DNA of 38,003 bases from a virus (lineage: Duplodnaviria > Caudoviricetes). The position numbers and the translations under genes are program-made. Positions 1 through 8,063 of this stretch are shown piece by piece. Within the stretch, counting starts at the first letter, position 1. Every line of letters begins with the position of its first letter. Below the pieces are notes generated by a model. The model did no database searches. It saw only the letters and a list, made by a program, of their open reading frames with translations, and was not told where the DNA came from. The stretch is from the IMG/VR virus record IMGVR_UViG_3300016667_000819, positions 1 through 38,003 of that record; one strand, written 5' to 3'.

Positions 1-283
1 ATCGTTCTTCACGATCGGGATCGCCGTTGCCATAGCCCTTGGCCACAAAGGGCAACTCCAGCGCCAGCTCAAAACCCATGAGAGCGAGGATCTCCTGATA
101 GCGGTCCACCTTGTTGCTGAAGGTGGTGTCACCTAGCGCCTCCAGTGCCTCACGTTTGCGCTGAACATGATTGATGTGCATGGCCATGCCCAGGTTCAAG
201 CTATCGGGATTGTCCCGCCCCAGCATCCGCTCCGCAGTGTCCAGCGGATCAAACTTCAGCAGCCGGTCCAGTTCATCACTCAT
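1..283 (-). CDS. Hypothetical phage protein, runs off the window edge (MSDELDRLLKFDPLDTAERMLG...)
   Basis: Translated by hand: ATG at 283 with AAGGA RBS, open to position 1, promoter at 311-338 directly upstream. Not in the ORF track because it is partial. Confidence 0.75.
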   Translation of the reverse strand, partial: MSDELDRLLKFDPLDTAERMLGRDNPDSLNLGMAMHINHVQRKREALEALGDTTFSNKVDRYQEILALMGFELALELPFVAKGYGNGDPDREER

Positions 284-310
284 TGTGCAGTTCCTTGCGC
301 TTATGCGGCC

Positions 311-338
311 AGTATAGCAGGTTTTTCCTGCCTGTCAA
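311..338 (-). promoter_or_regulatory. Sigma70-type promoter P1: TTGACA-16-TATACT, extended -10 TGC
   Basis: Near-consensus boxes; the TGA in the -35 box is the stop codon of 335..619. Confidence 0.8.
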
Positions 339-619
339 CCGATTCCAAACCGGTTGTTGAGGTCAGCAGGCCGGACCCAGAACTTTTCTTCGCTTTCGGC
401 TACAACCTTGAAAAACCGATCCCAAAGAGGTCGGGGCAGGCTGGTCCAGGCGTGGAATATCTTAGATTTAGTTTCTTTACTAAAAGTAGGGTTTCGGATA
501 AGGCTAGCGTAATAGATCACCAACTGACGCACGTCATCGTCGGTGAGCAGTGCCACATCCTCGTCTGTGATCTTGCCCTCTTTCAGGCGCTCAACTACCG
601 CATCTTCACTCATAGCCAT
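335..619 (-). CDS. Hypothetical protein, 94 aa
   Basis: AGGAG RBS, tightly packed after 626..1015. Confidence 0.75.
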   Translation of the reverse strand: MAMSEDAVVERLKEGKITDEDVALLTDDDVRQLVIYYASLIRNPTFSKETKSKIFHAWTSLPRPLWDRFFKVVAESEEKFWVRPADLNNRFGIG

Positions 620-625
620 TTACTC

Positions 626-1015
626 CTAGATTCCCAAAATCTCACGCTCTTCGGCAGTGAGCCGTCGCAGGATCTCCTGCCGCCGGCGCTCACGTTCCCG
701 AGCTTGCTCCTCTTTGCGGGCACGCACACGGAATTGGTGGTCCAGCCACCAGCGTTCAACCCCTTCCCAGCTCAAACCGCCCTGCTCTGCCTGATACCAA
801 ACGGGCATGGCATCTCTCAACAGCTTGAGTGGCTGGTTGTCGCTGGTGAGACACATGTGCATGGCATCATCAATGTCGGCCAGCGCAGTGAGCACAGCAC
901 CTAGCATGGCATCTCGTTCTGCAAGCTCAAGCTTGAGCACATCAATCTCTTCGTGTAGCGGTGCAGTGGGCTTACGCCTTTGAATCGGCAGAGCATGCTT
1001 TTCAAAACAGCTCAT
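626..1015 (-). CDS. Hypothetical protein with charged helical C-terminus
   Basis: ATG at 1015 overlaps the upstream TGA (TGATG coupling). Confidence 0.75.
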   Translation of the reverse strand: MSCFEKHALPIQRRKPTAPLHEEIDVLKLELAERDAMLGAVLTALADIDDAMHMCLTSDNQPLKLLRDAMPVWYQAEQGGLSWEGVERWWLDHQFRVRARKEEQARERERRRQEILRRLTAEEREILGI

Positions 1016-1269
1016 CAAATCAGCTCCTCAAGGAGGGCAGCAGCCAGCGCCTCACGACTCTCAAACAGCGTGGCTTCCTCATGCTCGCCATGCACAGTGG
1101 CATACACCACACGGCAGGGACCAAAACGCTGCCACATCTCCACCTGCTCCTTGGTTGCATTCCACTCGGGGTGGAGATTCTCTGCCAGCATGCGGCTCAC
1201 CACCGGAGCACTGCACACCCGGTTGTGCATAAGGAAGTAGACAGTCTGGTCCAGCTCGAACTTGAACAT
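1015..1269 (-). CDS. Hypothetical protein (MFKFELDQTVYFL...)
   Basis: Start re-called to ATG 1269, downstream of promoter P2 and an AAGGA RBS. Confidence 0.75.
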   Translation of the reverse strand: MFKFELDQTVYFLMHNRVCSAPVVSRMLAENLHPEWNATKEQVEMWQRFGPCRVVYATVHGEHEEATLFESREALAAALLEELI

Positions 1270-1297
1270 TGGGGTAGTGTCCTTTCCTTGTGTGGCC

Positions 1298-1325
1298 AGT
1301 ATAGCAGATTTTGGAGGGGTGTCAA
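1298..1325 (-). promoter_or_regulatory. Sigma70-type promoter P2: TTGACA-16-TATACT
   Basis: Near consensus; the -35 TGA is the stop of 1322..1756. Confidence 0.8.
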
Positions 1326-1756
1326 CCAAAAACTTGGTCTTTGTCAGCGTCCTCGCACTCCTCCGGATACAGCACTTCCCAGTCCTTGGGGCCCATTTGC
1401 GCATAGGCGTCCTTCACTGTTTCCATGTTGAGCAGGTCGCTTGCATCGCACTCTTCCTCCACGTCCATGCGCTCGCTCACATAGTTCATGTAGGCGAGGC
1501 TGATCACACGCTGTCCGTTCTTGATCCAATCCTGGTAGCCCTGCGTCTTGCGCACTGCATCCATGTTGGGCCACTCGACCTCGTAGCCACCATAGGCGCT
1601 GCCATAGCCGCTGTCGTTGAGGCAGCCTTCAAAGAGGCTGGCTGCATCGGCGTTCTCAAAAGCCAGCAGCTCCCACTCTTCGCTCTCGTCCCGGATCATC
1701 ACCACCTGGTCAATGTGCTTGGTGGCCACTCGCTTGGTAGGATTGGGCTTGCTCAT
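1322..1756 (-). CDS. Acidic hypothetical protein, 144 aa
   Basis: AAGGGA RBS, promoter P3 upstream. Confidence 0.8.
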   Translation of the reverse strand: MSKPNPTKRVATKHIDQVVMIRDESEEWELLAFENADAASLFEGCLNDSGYGSAYGGYEVEWPNMDAVRKTQGYQDWIKNGQRVISLAYMNYVSERMDVEEECDASDLLNMETVKDAYAQMGPKDWEVLYPEECEDADKDQVFG

Positions 1757-1783
1757 GTTCAGTGTCCCTTGTTTGGTGTGCCC

Positions 1784-1811
1784 ATTATAGCAGGTTTTGG
1801 TAGCGTGTCAA
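1784..1811 (-). promoter_or_regulatory. Sigma70-type promoter P3: TTGACA-16-TATAAT
   Basis: Perfect consensus hexamers in a short intergenic gap. Confidence 0.85.
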
Positions 1812-1814
1812 CCA

Positions 1815-2036
1815 CTATTTGGCAAAAGCGTCTCGCTCTTTCTCACTCCGGGTTACCAAATGCTGCCCACCACCTGCACCTAGCACGTAGCCGACTTCGC
1901 TGCACCACCCTGGACTCGCCAAGCCTCGGAGAGGACTGTCCAGTTGAGCTTGGGGAGGATACATGCCCATGGCACTTTCTCCCATGTCCCGATCAGGAAA
2001 CCATTCGTTCAGATCGTTGCACCAAACCAGGTCCAT
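1815..2036 (-). CDS. Hypothetical protein, 73 aa
   Basis: Fills the gap between neighbours on the coding strand. Confidence 0.6.
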   Translation of the reverse strand: MDLVWCNDLNEWFPDRDMGESAMGMYPPQAQLDSPLRGLASPGWCSEVGYVLGAGGGQHLVTRSEKERDAFAK

Positions 2037-2039
2037 GGC

Positions 2040-2351
2040 CTAGGCCTTTCCATACTTCTTGGCCAGGCGTTCAAAAGTCTCACGCTCCTGTTGTTCCCTC
2101 CGTGCAGCCCACCGCTCTTCCCCAGCGATACGCTCTGCCATCTCTGCATCAGTCTCCGGGCGCTTTGTCATAAGCGCAAGATAAGTGTTGTCACTATAAT
2201 CATATTGACGGATAGCAAACTGAGCGTCGCCACCAACATCCTTACGATAATCCTGCAGACGTTTGATGGCCTCATCAAGGGTGTTATACTCAAAGTCAAT
2301 GCTGGTGTATTCAACCTCGATCATCTTGCGTTCACGGTTCACAGCCATCAC
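2040..2351 (-). CDS. Hypothetical protein, about 103 aa
   Basis: AAGGAG RBS, promoter P4 upstream. Confidence 0.8.
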   Translation of the reverse strand: MMAVNRERKMIEVEYTSIDFEYNTLDEAIKRLQDYRKDVGGDAQFAIRQYDYSDNTYLALMTKRPETDAEMAERIAGEERWAARREQQERETFERLAKKYGKA

Positions 2352-2373
2352 ACGCTCCTTTGTCTACTCGGGC

Positions 2374-2401
2374 ATTATAGCATGTTTGCGTCGGCTGTCA
2401 A
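2374..2401 (-). promoter_or_regulatory. Sigma70-type promoter P4: TTGACA-16-TATAAT
   Basis: Perfect consensus hexamers. Confidence 0.85.
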
Positions 2402-2409
2402 CCAGAAAG

Positions 2410-2574
2410 TTATCTACTCCCGCTGCTGGCCAGCAATGCTGCTACCACAATTACTGCAAACAAGAAGGTTATACCAAGGCCAACAAAAAGGAAGAAATAG
2501 CCGATGATGCTGGCTACCATTCCCAGCCCATACACAGCAGCTATCACTGCCAAAATCAAGAGAAACAACAACAT
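2410..2574 (-). CDS. Small membrane protein, 54 aa, two predicted TM helices
   Basis: Almost entirely hydrophobic; start re-called to ATG 2574 because the track's TTG start lies inside the -35 box. Confidence 0.7.
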   Translation of the reverse strand: MLLFLLILAVIAAVYGLGMVASIIGYFFLFVGLGITFLFAVIVVAALLASSGSR

Positions 2575-2599
2575 GAGACTCACCTTGCTACCTATGGTA

Positions 2600-2628
2600 G
2601 GTATAACACGCTCCCGCACCGCTGTCAA
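2600..2628 (-). promoter_or_regulatory. Sigma70-type promoter P5: TTGACA-17-TATACC
   Basis: GGTTGACA plus TGT-TATACC. Confidence 0.7.
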
Positions 2629-2654
2629 CCACTTTTTTCTGCAGATAATCTAGC

Positions 2655-2660
2655 TAAATA
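2655..2660 (+). promoter_or_regulatory. Putative late promoter TAAATA
   Basis: Same box precedes the structural genes; resembles T4 late TATAAATA. Confidence 0.5.
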
Positions 2661-2696
2661 TGAGGCTATTGAGGTATCTATTAAGGACATTGAACA

Positions 2697-3479
2697 ATGC
2701 GTATAAGCGAGCTTCTTGATGAGAGCAGAGGTAATCAAGGTGAGAGAGGCCTTGTGGCTGTGATGGACTACCTTTCTAGCTCAGATAGGAAAAATACTTA
2801 TATACATACTTCTATGATACCCAAGGTAGGCATCAAACCTGCAGACAACTTGTCCAATGACATTGAGCCTGTGGGTATATACACCTTTCGAGCTGACCAT
2901 TAGTATAATGCGCGCGGTGATCTGCACTTCAAGCCTCTACGTTATATCCATGTGATCAAACTGAAACCCAACACCAAATCAGTCAATAGCAAAGAATATC
3001 GGCAGCTTGTTCAACAGTTTGTCAAGGAGAACCCTTCTGTAGACCATCAAGCTTCTGCCAAGTTCACAGTTTGGCTCAAAAAACATAACATCGGCATGGT
3101 AGAGAGGCGCAATTTCGCCGATGAGCTAGAGTATATCATACTGGGTCGTGAGTTCATATCTCATATCCGAACCTTTGACATCTATCATCTTCCGCCTGGA
3201 GCCAAAGACAAGTTTGATTGGGTCAATACTAACGTAGAGTTCAATTACGCCAAAGCAAGAACTGGTCTTGAGCCTTACACGGAATTTTTGAAACAAAATC
3301 CTGACCTGGACGACGAGTTAGATTGGTGGTATGCAAGTCCGCGCGATCTTGCCAAGGTTAGATTGCTGCTCTATGCTCTCAAAAACCAAATTGCACTTTC
3401 GCCCACCCAGCAGCAAAAGTTGATTAGGGATGGCGGGAATTATCACTATCTGCAGATATATCGCAAATACAAAAAGTAG
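2697..3479 (+). pseudogene. Probable single ~260-codon late gene interrupted by an in-frame TAG at 2901-2903
   Basis: Track ORFs 2697..2903 and 2952..3479 share a frame, the 16 codons between them are open (YNARGDLHFKPLRYIH), and only the first has an RBS (AAGGA). Confidence 0.65.
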
Positions 3480-3487
3480 ATGCAATC

Positions 3488-3515
3488 TTGCGACCTACCA
3501 CCTTACAGGTCGCAA
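3488..3515. terminator. Hairpin between convergent genes
   Basis: Perfect 9-bp stem TTGCGACCT/AGGTCGCAA with a 10-nt loop; no strong U-tract. Confidence 0.45.
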
Positions 3516-3550
3516 AATAGTCCAACCAGTTTTCACAGCATCTCCAGTTT

Positions 3551-3757
3551 TTAGCTTTGGGCGATCCAGTGCCGTTTCCTGCCTTGCCGTATCAACAGCT
3601 CTGCCTCGCCGCGGGTCATCACACAGAAGGCACCTGTTCTCTCAGGCAAAAAATCATTTAGGACGTTGATCCCCGTGTGAGTGTCCTTGATGCCCCAAGG
3701 CCAAGTTGTTCCAGGAGTGTCACGCAGCAGCCAAGGCACATAGCGAGTGTCAGTCAC
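3551..3757 (-). CDS. Hypothetical protein, 68 aa
   Basis: GTG 3757 with GAGGAA RBS, overlaps the end of the upstream gene. Confidence 0.55.
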   Translation of the reverse strand: MTDTRYVPWLLRDTPGTTWPWGIKDTHTGINVLNDFLPERTGAFCVMTRGEAELLIRQGRKRHWIAQS

Positions 3758-3896
3758 AGGGTTCCTCACTTGTATCACCAACAGGGATGATGTCGTATCC
3801 CGCACTTTTGAGATAGGCTCGAAACAGCACAGGATCTTTCATCTCGCTCCATAGAGCACGCTGGAGGACGTCATCCAGTTTTGGCATCGGCTCCAT
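3750..3896 (-). CDS. Hypothetical protein, 48 aa (MEPMPKLDDVL...)
   Basis: ATG coupled to the TGA of 3896..4315. Confidence 0.55.
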   Translation of the reverse strand: MEPMPKLDDVLQRALWSEMKDPVLFRAYLKSAGYDIIPVGDTSEEPCD

Positions 3897-4315
3897 CAGC
3901 CCAGCTCCCCAGAACAGTGAGTGACGGTTGCGTAATAGCTGGTAATGTTGCTTGTGCTTTTGCTTTCCCAGTGTTCTACAAACAGGCGTTCGGCCTCGTC
4001 TTGAGTAGGGGCAAGGACGATGCGGCTTTCCTCCCACTGCTGGTCTCCTTCCCTGGAGAGCTGCTCGATCGTGCCCTTGACCAGCCAGCGTCGTTCCCGG
4101 GACTGCAACAGCCGCTCGATCTTGTCCAGCCGCTCCATCAACTTGGCTTCACGTTCCTGGGCTTCCTTGAGCATGAGCTTTTGCGCCTCGAGCTTGGCAT
4201 AGGCCAGCAGCATGAGGTTGACCATATCTGCGCTGAACTGTTCGCGCCGAGTGTTGACCACGTCCCAGAGATGCTGTTCCAGCGGCTTGGTTTCGCCAAA
4301 TGCGGTGATGTCCAT
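3896..4315 (-). CDS. Hypothetical coiled-coil protein, 139 aa
   Basis: Heptad-like L/E/R stretch; in operon context. Confidence 0.75.
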   Translation of the reverse strand: MDITAFGETKPLEQHLWDVVNTRREQFSADMVNLMLLAYAKLEAQKLMLKEAQEREAKLMERLDKIERLLQSRERRWLVKGTIEQLSREGDQQWEESRIVLAPTQDEAERLFVEHWESKSTSNITSYYATVTHCSGELG

Positions 4316-4329
4316 CTATGTGCCCTATG

Positions 4330-4521
4330 TTAGAGTATGTCTACCAGACGTCCAGTGTCACGATCGATGCAGCGAATTCGGCTATTGGGTAGTCGCGTCT
4401 GAACACTCTGCATAGTCTGCCGAATCTCTTGGTCACTAGGATACATGGTTGTCCATTCAATACCCTGCCACTCACCGCTGTAATCCTGGAACTGAATTTC
4501 TCCAACATAGACGCCATTCAT
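4330..4521 (-). CDS. Hypothetical protein, 63 aa
   Basis: Strong TAAGGAGG RBS. Confidence 0.75.
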   Translation of the reverse strand: MNGVYVGEIQFQDYSGEWQGIEWTTMYPSDQEIRQTMQSVQTRLPNSRIRCIDRDTGRLVDIL

Positions 4522-4560
4522 TTTTTGTCCTCCTTAAGTCTATCAAACAGAATAGGATGC

Positions 4561-4755
4561 TCAGTTGGTGAGCTGGATGAACTCAAAGCCTTCGGGCATG
4601 TTCCAGTCAGCGGGGAACTCATCTTCCTCTGTGACATGATGCGTAGCAAGAACACAGTCCCATAGATCGCCTTCGTCATTGCCTACCATAACAGGAAGAT
4701 CGCCATGCTGCTCTTGGAGAGTTTGAAGCCGCTTGATCAATTGGGAAACTAGCAT
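4561..4755 (-). CDS. Hypothetical protein, 64 aa (MLVSQLIKRLQ...HGDLPV)
   Basis: Start re-called downstream of promoter P6 and an AAGGA RBS. Confidence 0.75.
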   Translation of the reverse strand: MLVSQLIKRLQTLQEQHGDLPVMVGNDEGDLWDCVLATHHVTEEDEFPADWNMPEGFEFIQLTN

Positions 4756-4783
4756 CTCTCTACGTCCTTTTTCCAGTGTGGCC

Positions 4784-4812
4784 AAGATAGCATGGGTTGA
4801 CTACCCTGTCAA
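4784..4812 (-). promoter_or_regulatory. Sigma70-type promoter P6: TTGACA-17-TATCTT
   Basis: The -35 box lies within the inverted repeat GGTTGAC-N6-GTCAACC (4795-4814). Confidence 0.75.
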
Positions 4813-4826
4813 CCAGTTTTTTGCAG

Positions 4827-5021
4827 CTAGCGACCATAGTGATAGCTGCTGTAACCTCGTGAGATTTCGGTGTCGCCTAGCCGAATGGTCACTTGAGTTG
4901 TGACATAACCCTCGCTGTAGTTTTCTTCAAACACGTCAACATCAACAGTGAGGTGTTCTCGGAGAAAATCCGCCAGCTGGCTCAGAGGGATCACACCAGC
5001 CAAAGTAGGTTCGTCGCTCAC
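4827..5021 (-). CDS. Hypothetical protein, 64 aa
   Basis: GTG 5021 with AAGGAGG RBS. Confidence 0.7.
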   Translation of the reverse strand: MSDEPTLAGVIPLSQLADFLREHLTVDVDVFEENYSEGYVTTQVTIRLGDTEISRGYSSYHYGR

Positions 5022-5046
5022 GGCAGCCTCCTTGTTCACAGTCAGC

Positions 5047-5075
5047 AATGTAGCACAAGGAGGCAGCCCTGTCAA
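5047..5075 (-). promoter_or_regulatory. Sigma70-type promoter P7: TTGACA-17-TACATT
   Basis: Abuts the TAG of 5077..5517; the -10 box is enclosed by a 13/14-bp inverted repeat (5022-5035 / 5055-5068). Confidence 0.75.
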
Positions 5076-5076
5076 C

Positions 5077-5517
5077 CTAGTTTTTGCCAGCTGGCACTCC
5101 CATGCTCTTTTGCAGATCCATCTTTTCCTTTTCCATCCAGGTCTTCAGTAGGTCAATGCCTGGGTCAATCACTTGGTTCACACGCTCGTGGTTGAGCACA
5201 CGCTCGCCCATTTCGCTGGCAGCAATCAAAAGCACTGTCTGTCGGCTGGGCACAAAACTTGCCAGTGAGCCCACAAACACAAACAGGCCACAAAAACGCC
5301 AAAACCACTTCCAGGAGTTTTTGCGTGCTTCTCGGCGGCCAGCCAGTGCTTCACCTTCAAGCCTGCGGTGGGATGCATCAGTCTCATCATGAGCGACCAG
5401 CCAAACTACGAGGCATACTAGGCCCAGAATACCAAATACAATGGTCACAAACGTGAGAAAGTTGGCCAGCGTGCCGGTGACACCGCTGAGATAGATGAGA
5501 ATGGAGAGACTGTTCAT
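5077..5517 (-). CDS. Membrane protein, 146 aa
   Basis: Two hydrophobic segments; AAGGAA RBS. Confidence 0.8.
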   Translation of the reverse strand: MNSLSILIYLSGVTGTLANFLTFVTIVFGILGLVCLVVWLVAHDETDASHRRLEGEALAGRREARKNSWKWFWRFCGLFVFVGSLASFVPSRQTVLLIAASEMGERVLNHERVNQVIDPGIDLLKTWMEKEKMDLQKSMGVPAGKN

Positions 5518-5528
5518 TGGGTGATTCC

Positions 5529-6500
5529 TTATGCTTCGGTGTCTACTGTGTCATCGTCAACAAAATCGTCTTCGCCTTCCCACTCTGCTATCCGTGCAGC
5601 CACATGAGATTGGCACTGAGCGAACCAAGCTTGGTAGTAGGTGAAGTCGCAACCCTGGCTGCCTTTGCCGCTTTGCGGGCTCCAATGTTTGCGTAGCCTC
5701 TGGAGATTGCGGCTAACGATGAGATACTGGCTCATGCTGTGGAGAAAATCCATGACCTCGGGAGAGTCTGCAGGGAGAAGATTGGTCACCCACTGCTCAA
5801 CCAACGTGCGATAGCTGCCGATCCGTGTGGGTGCCCCATAGCCATCCAGCCCTGACCCTGCGCCAAACACTCGTGCCCACTCGCCCTGGGCCTTACCACC
5901 TTCCAGCCATTCCCACAGCTCAAACAGCCGCCGACTGTTGGGATCCTCCCCTTCCCACTTTTGGGTAATGCGCAATCCCTGGCCATACCATTCCAGTCCC
6001 TGCTTCAGCACCTGCTCAAAATACACATCTCGATCCACATGGTCTGCACCCTTTTGAGCCAGCCACTCGTATGCCCACTTGTGGCACATCATCCAACCCA
6101 GGCGCAGTCCCCGGCTGTCTTGCATTGGGAGAATGCGACGCACAAAAAGCCGGTCATTGCTGATCCAGCGCATGAGCTGTTCCATTCCGTCAAGCTCAGG
6201 AACCGTGACAGCGTATTCGTGGTAGGGATTTTCTCCCTGTTCCAATTCCATCATATCCTTACGCACATGCTCCAGAATCCACTTGGTGTTCCAAGTTTCC
6301 TCCATTAGCTCTACCTCACCATAGTCCGCATACTTGGCAGGAATGGGCAGAGCATAGGGAGTCCACCATCCAGTGGGATAACAGGTGCCGCTGCTGTCAT
6401 CCCCGTGGGAGGTGGTTTGAGTGAGGAATGTCAGCATCACATCATCGTCATACTGAATAGGCAAGCCTGTCAAGCCGCAAGTTTCTGCCCAACTACCCAC
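5529..6500 (-). CDS. Hypothetical phage protein, 323 aa
   Basis: Long ORF, GTG start with AAGGA RBS, promoter P8 upstream. Confidence 0.85.
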   Translation of the reverse strand: MGSWAETCGLTGLPIQYDDDVMLTFLTQTTSHGDDSSGTCYPTGWWTPYALPIPAKYADYGEVELMEETWNTKWILEHVRKDMMELEQGENPYHEYAVTVPELDGMEQLMRWISNDRLFVRRILPMQDSRGLRLGWMMCHKWAYEWLAQKGADHVDRDVYFEQVLKQGLEWYGQGLRITQKWEGEDPNSRRLFELWEWLEGGKAQGEWARVFGAGSGLDGYGAPTRIGSYRTLVEQWVTNLLPADSPEVMDFLHSMSQYLIVSRNLQRLRKHWSPQSGKGSQGCDFTYYQAWFAQCQSHVAARIAEWEGEDDFVDDDTVDTEA

Positions 6501-6529
6501 AGTTGCATCCTTTCAACACAATTGATGCA

Positions 6530-6558
6530 CAAATAGCACACAGTCTCAGTGAGGTCAA
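6530..6558 (-). promoter_or_regulatory. Sigma70-type promoter P8: TTGACC-17-TATTTG
   Basis: GGTTGAC...TGCTAT pattern; the -35 TGA is the Thg1 stop codon. Confidence 0.6.
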
Positions 6559-7367
6559 CCCATTTTCAGCTGGGGCTCAGCACCCCTAAAGAGGGCGTCT
6601 GTGAGGTTCTGCACCCGGTTCAATGGCGGCAGGTCAAACTCCTTGATCTCACTTCGAATAACCAAGTCAGTTGGAGAGGGACGATGTTTTTCCGGAATCA
6701 CGCTGAGTTCCAGTTCTGAGAGCGTGCGCTCTACATTCACTCGCCGAACAAATGTGCCTCGCTTGAAAAATGCTGGATAATCGTTCCAGTTCACTCCCTT
6801 GGCATGGAGCATCTCATGCTTGTCACTACCGCTTTTGTTTTGCAGTTCTTTGTGACTGTAGTAGTGGCGGGCGGCCATGCTGAGAGAATTTTTTGCGGCA
6901 TCTAGATTTCTCCAAAGCAGAATGTTGGCTGCCTCTGTTTCACTGGGCATGCTGAGCACGCGGCAGTCAAAGTGAGGAAGGCGCAGCACCAATTCCATCC
7001 AGTTGGAAAAATACTGCATCACGTTTTCGATGAAACTGGCAGTAGCCAAACCAGCCAGCACGCTGCTCATCTTCATGATCTTGCCATCAAACCAACTGAT
7101 TCCATTGGGTCCAGTGATCCATACCAGAGAGATTTCATCACTTTGAACAAATCCCAAGGTGGCATGTGTTTCCTTTACAAGTGTCTTGGTTGTTTCGATC
7201 ATGCAACGGCTCATACAAGGATCAAATGGCCTTTCCATGTCCCTGGTGAACTTGCTGAATCCGCGCCCATCGATTCGTGCGTAAATGGGCAAGCCAGGAA
7301 GGAACCTTCGCTCAGTCTCTTGAGCCTCCAGGCTTTTCATCCGGTCGCCGAGCGCATCTTTGCTCAT
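6555..7367 (-). CDS. thg1: tRNA(His) guanylyltransferase Thg1-like protein (3'-5' polymerase)
   Basis: LGDRMK, RIDGRGFSKFT, QSDEISL, FDGK, FDCRV, WRxxDAxKNS, SHKEL and NWND motifs. Confidence 0.93.
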   Translation of the reverse strand: MSKDALGDRMKSLEAQETERRFLPGLPIYARIDGRGFSKFTRDMERPFDPCMSRCMIETTKTLVKETHATLGFVQSDEISLVWITGPNGISWFDGKIMKMSSVLAGLATASFIENVMQYFSNWMELVLRLPHFDCRVLSMPSETEAANILLWRNLDAAKNSLSMAARHYYSHKELQNKSGSDKHEMLHAKGVNWNDYPAFFKRGTFVRRVNVERTLSELELSVIPEKHRPSPTDLVIRSEIKEFDLPPLNRVQNLTDALFRGAEPQLKMG

Positions 7368-7376
7368 GAGATGTTC

Positions 7377-8036
7377 CTACACAGGGCTAATGGTGACCGT
7401 CTTCACCGTTTCAGTGTGCACCTCGGCCCAAAAATACCGGTCCTGTGCTCGGGTTTTCCACATACGCAGAGTTTTCTTATAGTCTCGTAGACGGTGTTCC
7501 ACAACAGGCAACCGGTGCGAGAAAAACTCTCTCAAACGCTCGGCTCGCCATTTTCTCTCAGTGTTCTGCAAATCACTGCTGGGAGATTCCAGAACAATGG
7601 GGGCCCACGTTTGTAGATCGTGCCAAGGACAGTTGGGGTCACTCCTATTGTCCAGCCAGGCACGGTAATGCCATTGACTGAAATCATCATTCAAGGGGCT
7701 GAAGCCTGCATCAATGGGTGAGATAGCCCTGCTCAACCAATCTTGCAGGTCGAGTGTTTCCTGGATCAAACGCTCCATGTCAGCCACCTCTTTTTCCAAA
7801 TGCAGGGTGACCAAAGCCAAAATCTCATCCCGTTGAGATGGGCTGAGCTTTGAAGCATCATAGTCTTTGGGAGGTGCACTGCCTCTAAATTCAATCCACA
7901 TACGGTGTTGTGTAGGAGGGCGCTTGTTGTCAACAACAGCAGTGATAGCATCGCCATAGATGTTAACAAACTGTCCTGTGCTGGCACTGACTATACAAAA
8001 GCGGCGCGTTTCAAACTTCTTGACGATAGGAGTCAT
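7377..8036 (-). CDS. Hypothetical protein, 219 aa
   Basis: Long ORF immediately upstream of thg1. Confidence 0.8.
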   Translation of the reverse strand: MTPIVKKFETRRFCIVSASTGQFVNIYGDAITAVVDNKRPPTQHRMWIEFRGSAPPKDYDASKLSPSQRDEILALVTLHLEKEVADMERLIQETLDLQDWLSRAISPIDAGFSPLNDDFSQWHYRAWLDNRSDPNCPWHDLQTWAPIVLESPSSDLQNTERKWRAERLREFFSHRLPVVEHRLRDYKKTLRMWKTRAQDRYFWAEVHTETVKTVTISPV

Positions 8037-8063
8037 ATCGTATGCCTTTTTGCTTCTGCCGGC

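Noticed and set aside
167-2706. Long + strand ORFs (167..904, 961..1431, 1262..2173, 1944..2507, 2263..2706)
   Set aside because: They are antisense shadows of - strand genes that have an RBS, promoters and coupled starts.
311-5075. Repeated GGTTGACA...TGCTATA motif as a CRISPR or integron attC array
   Set aside because: Only the promoter hexamers are conserved, spacing is gene-sized and irregular, and no cas or integrase gene is present.
6555-8036. In-frame TAG junctions (7377 to thg1, and 2040 to 1815) as readthrough fusions
   Set aside because: The downstream genes have their own ATG and RBS-like sequence, and in-frame adjacency occurs one time in three by chance.
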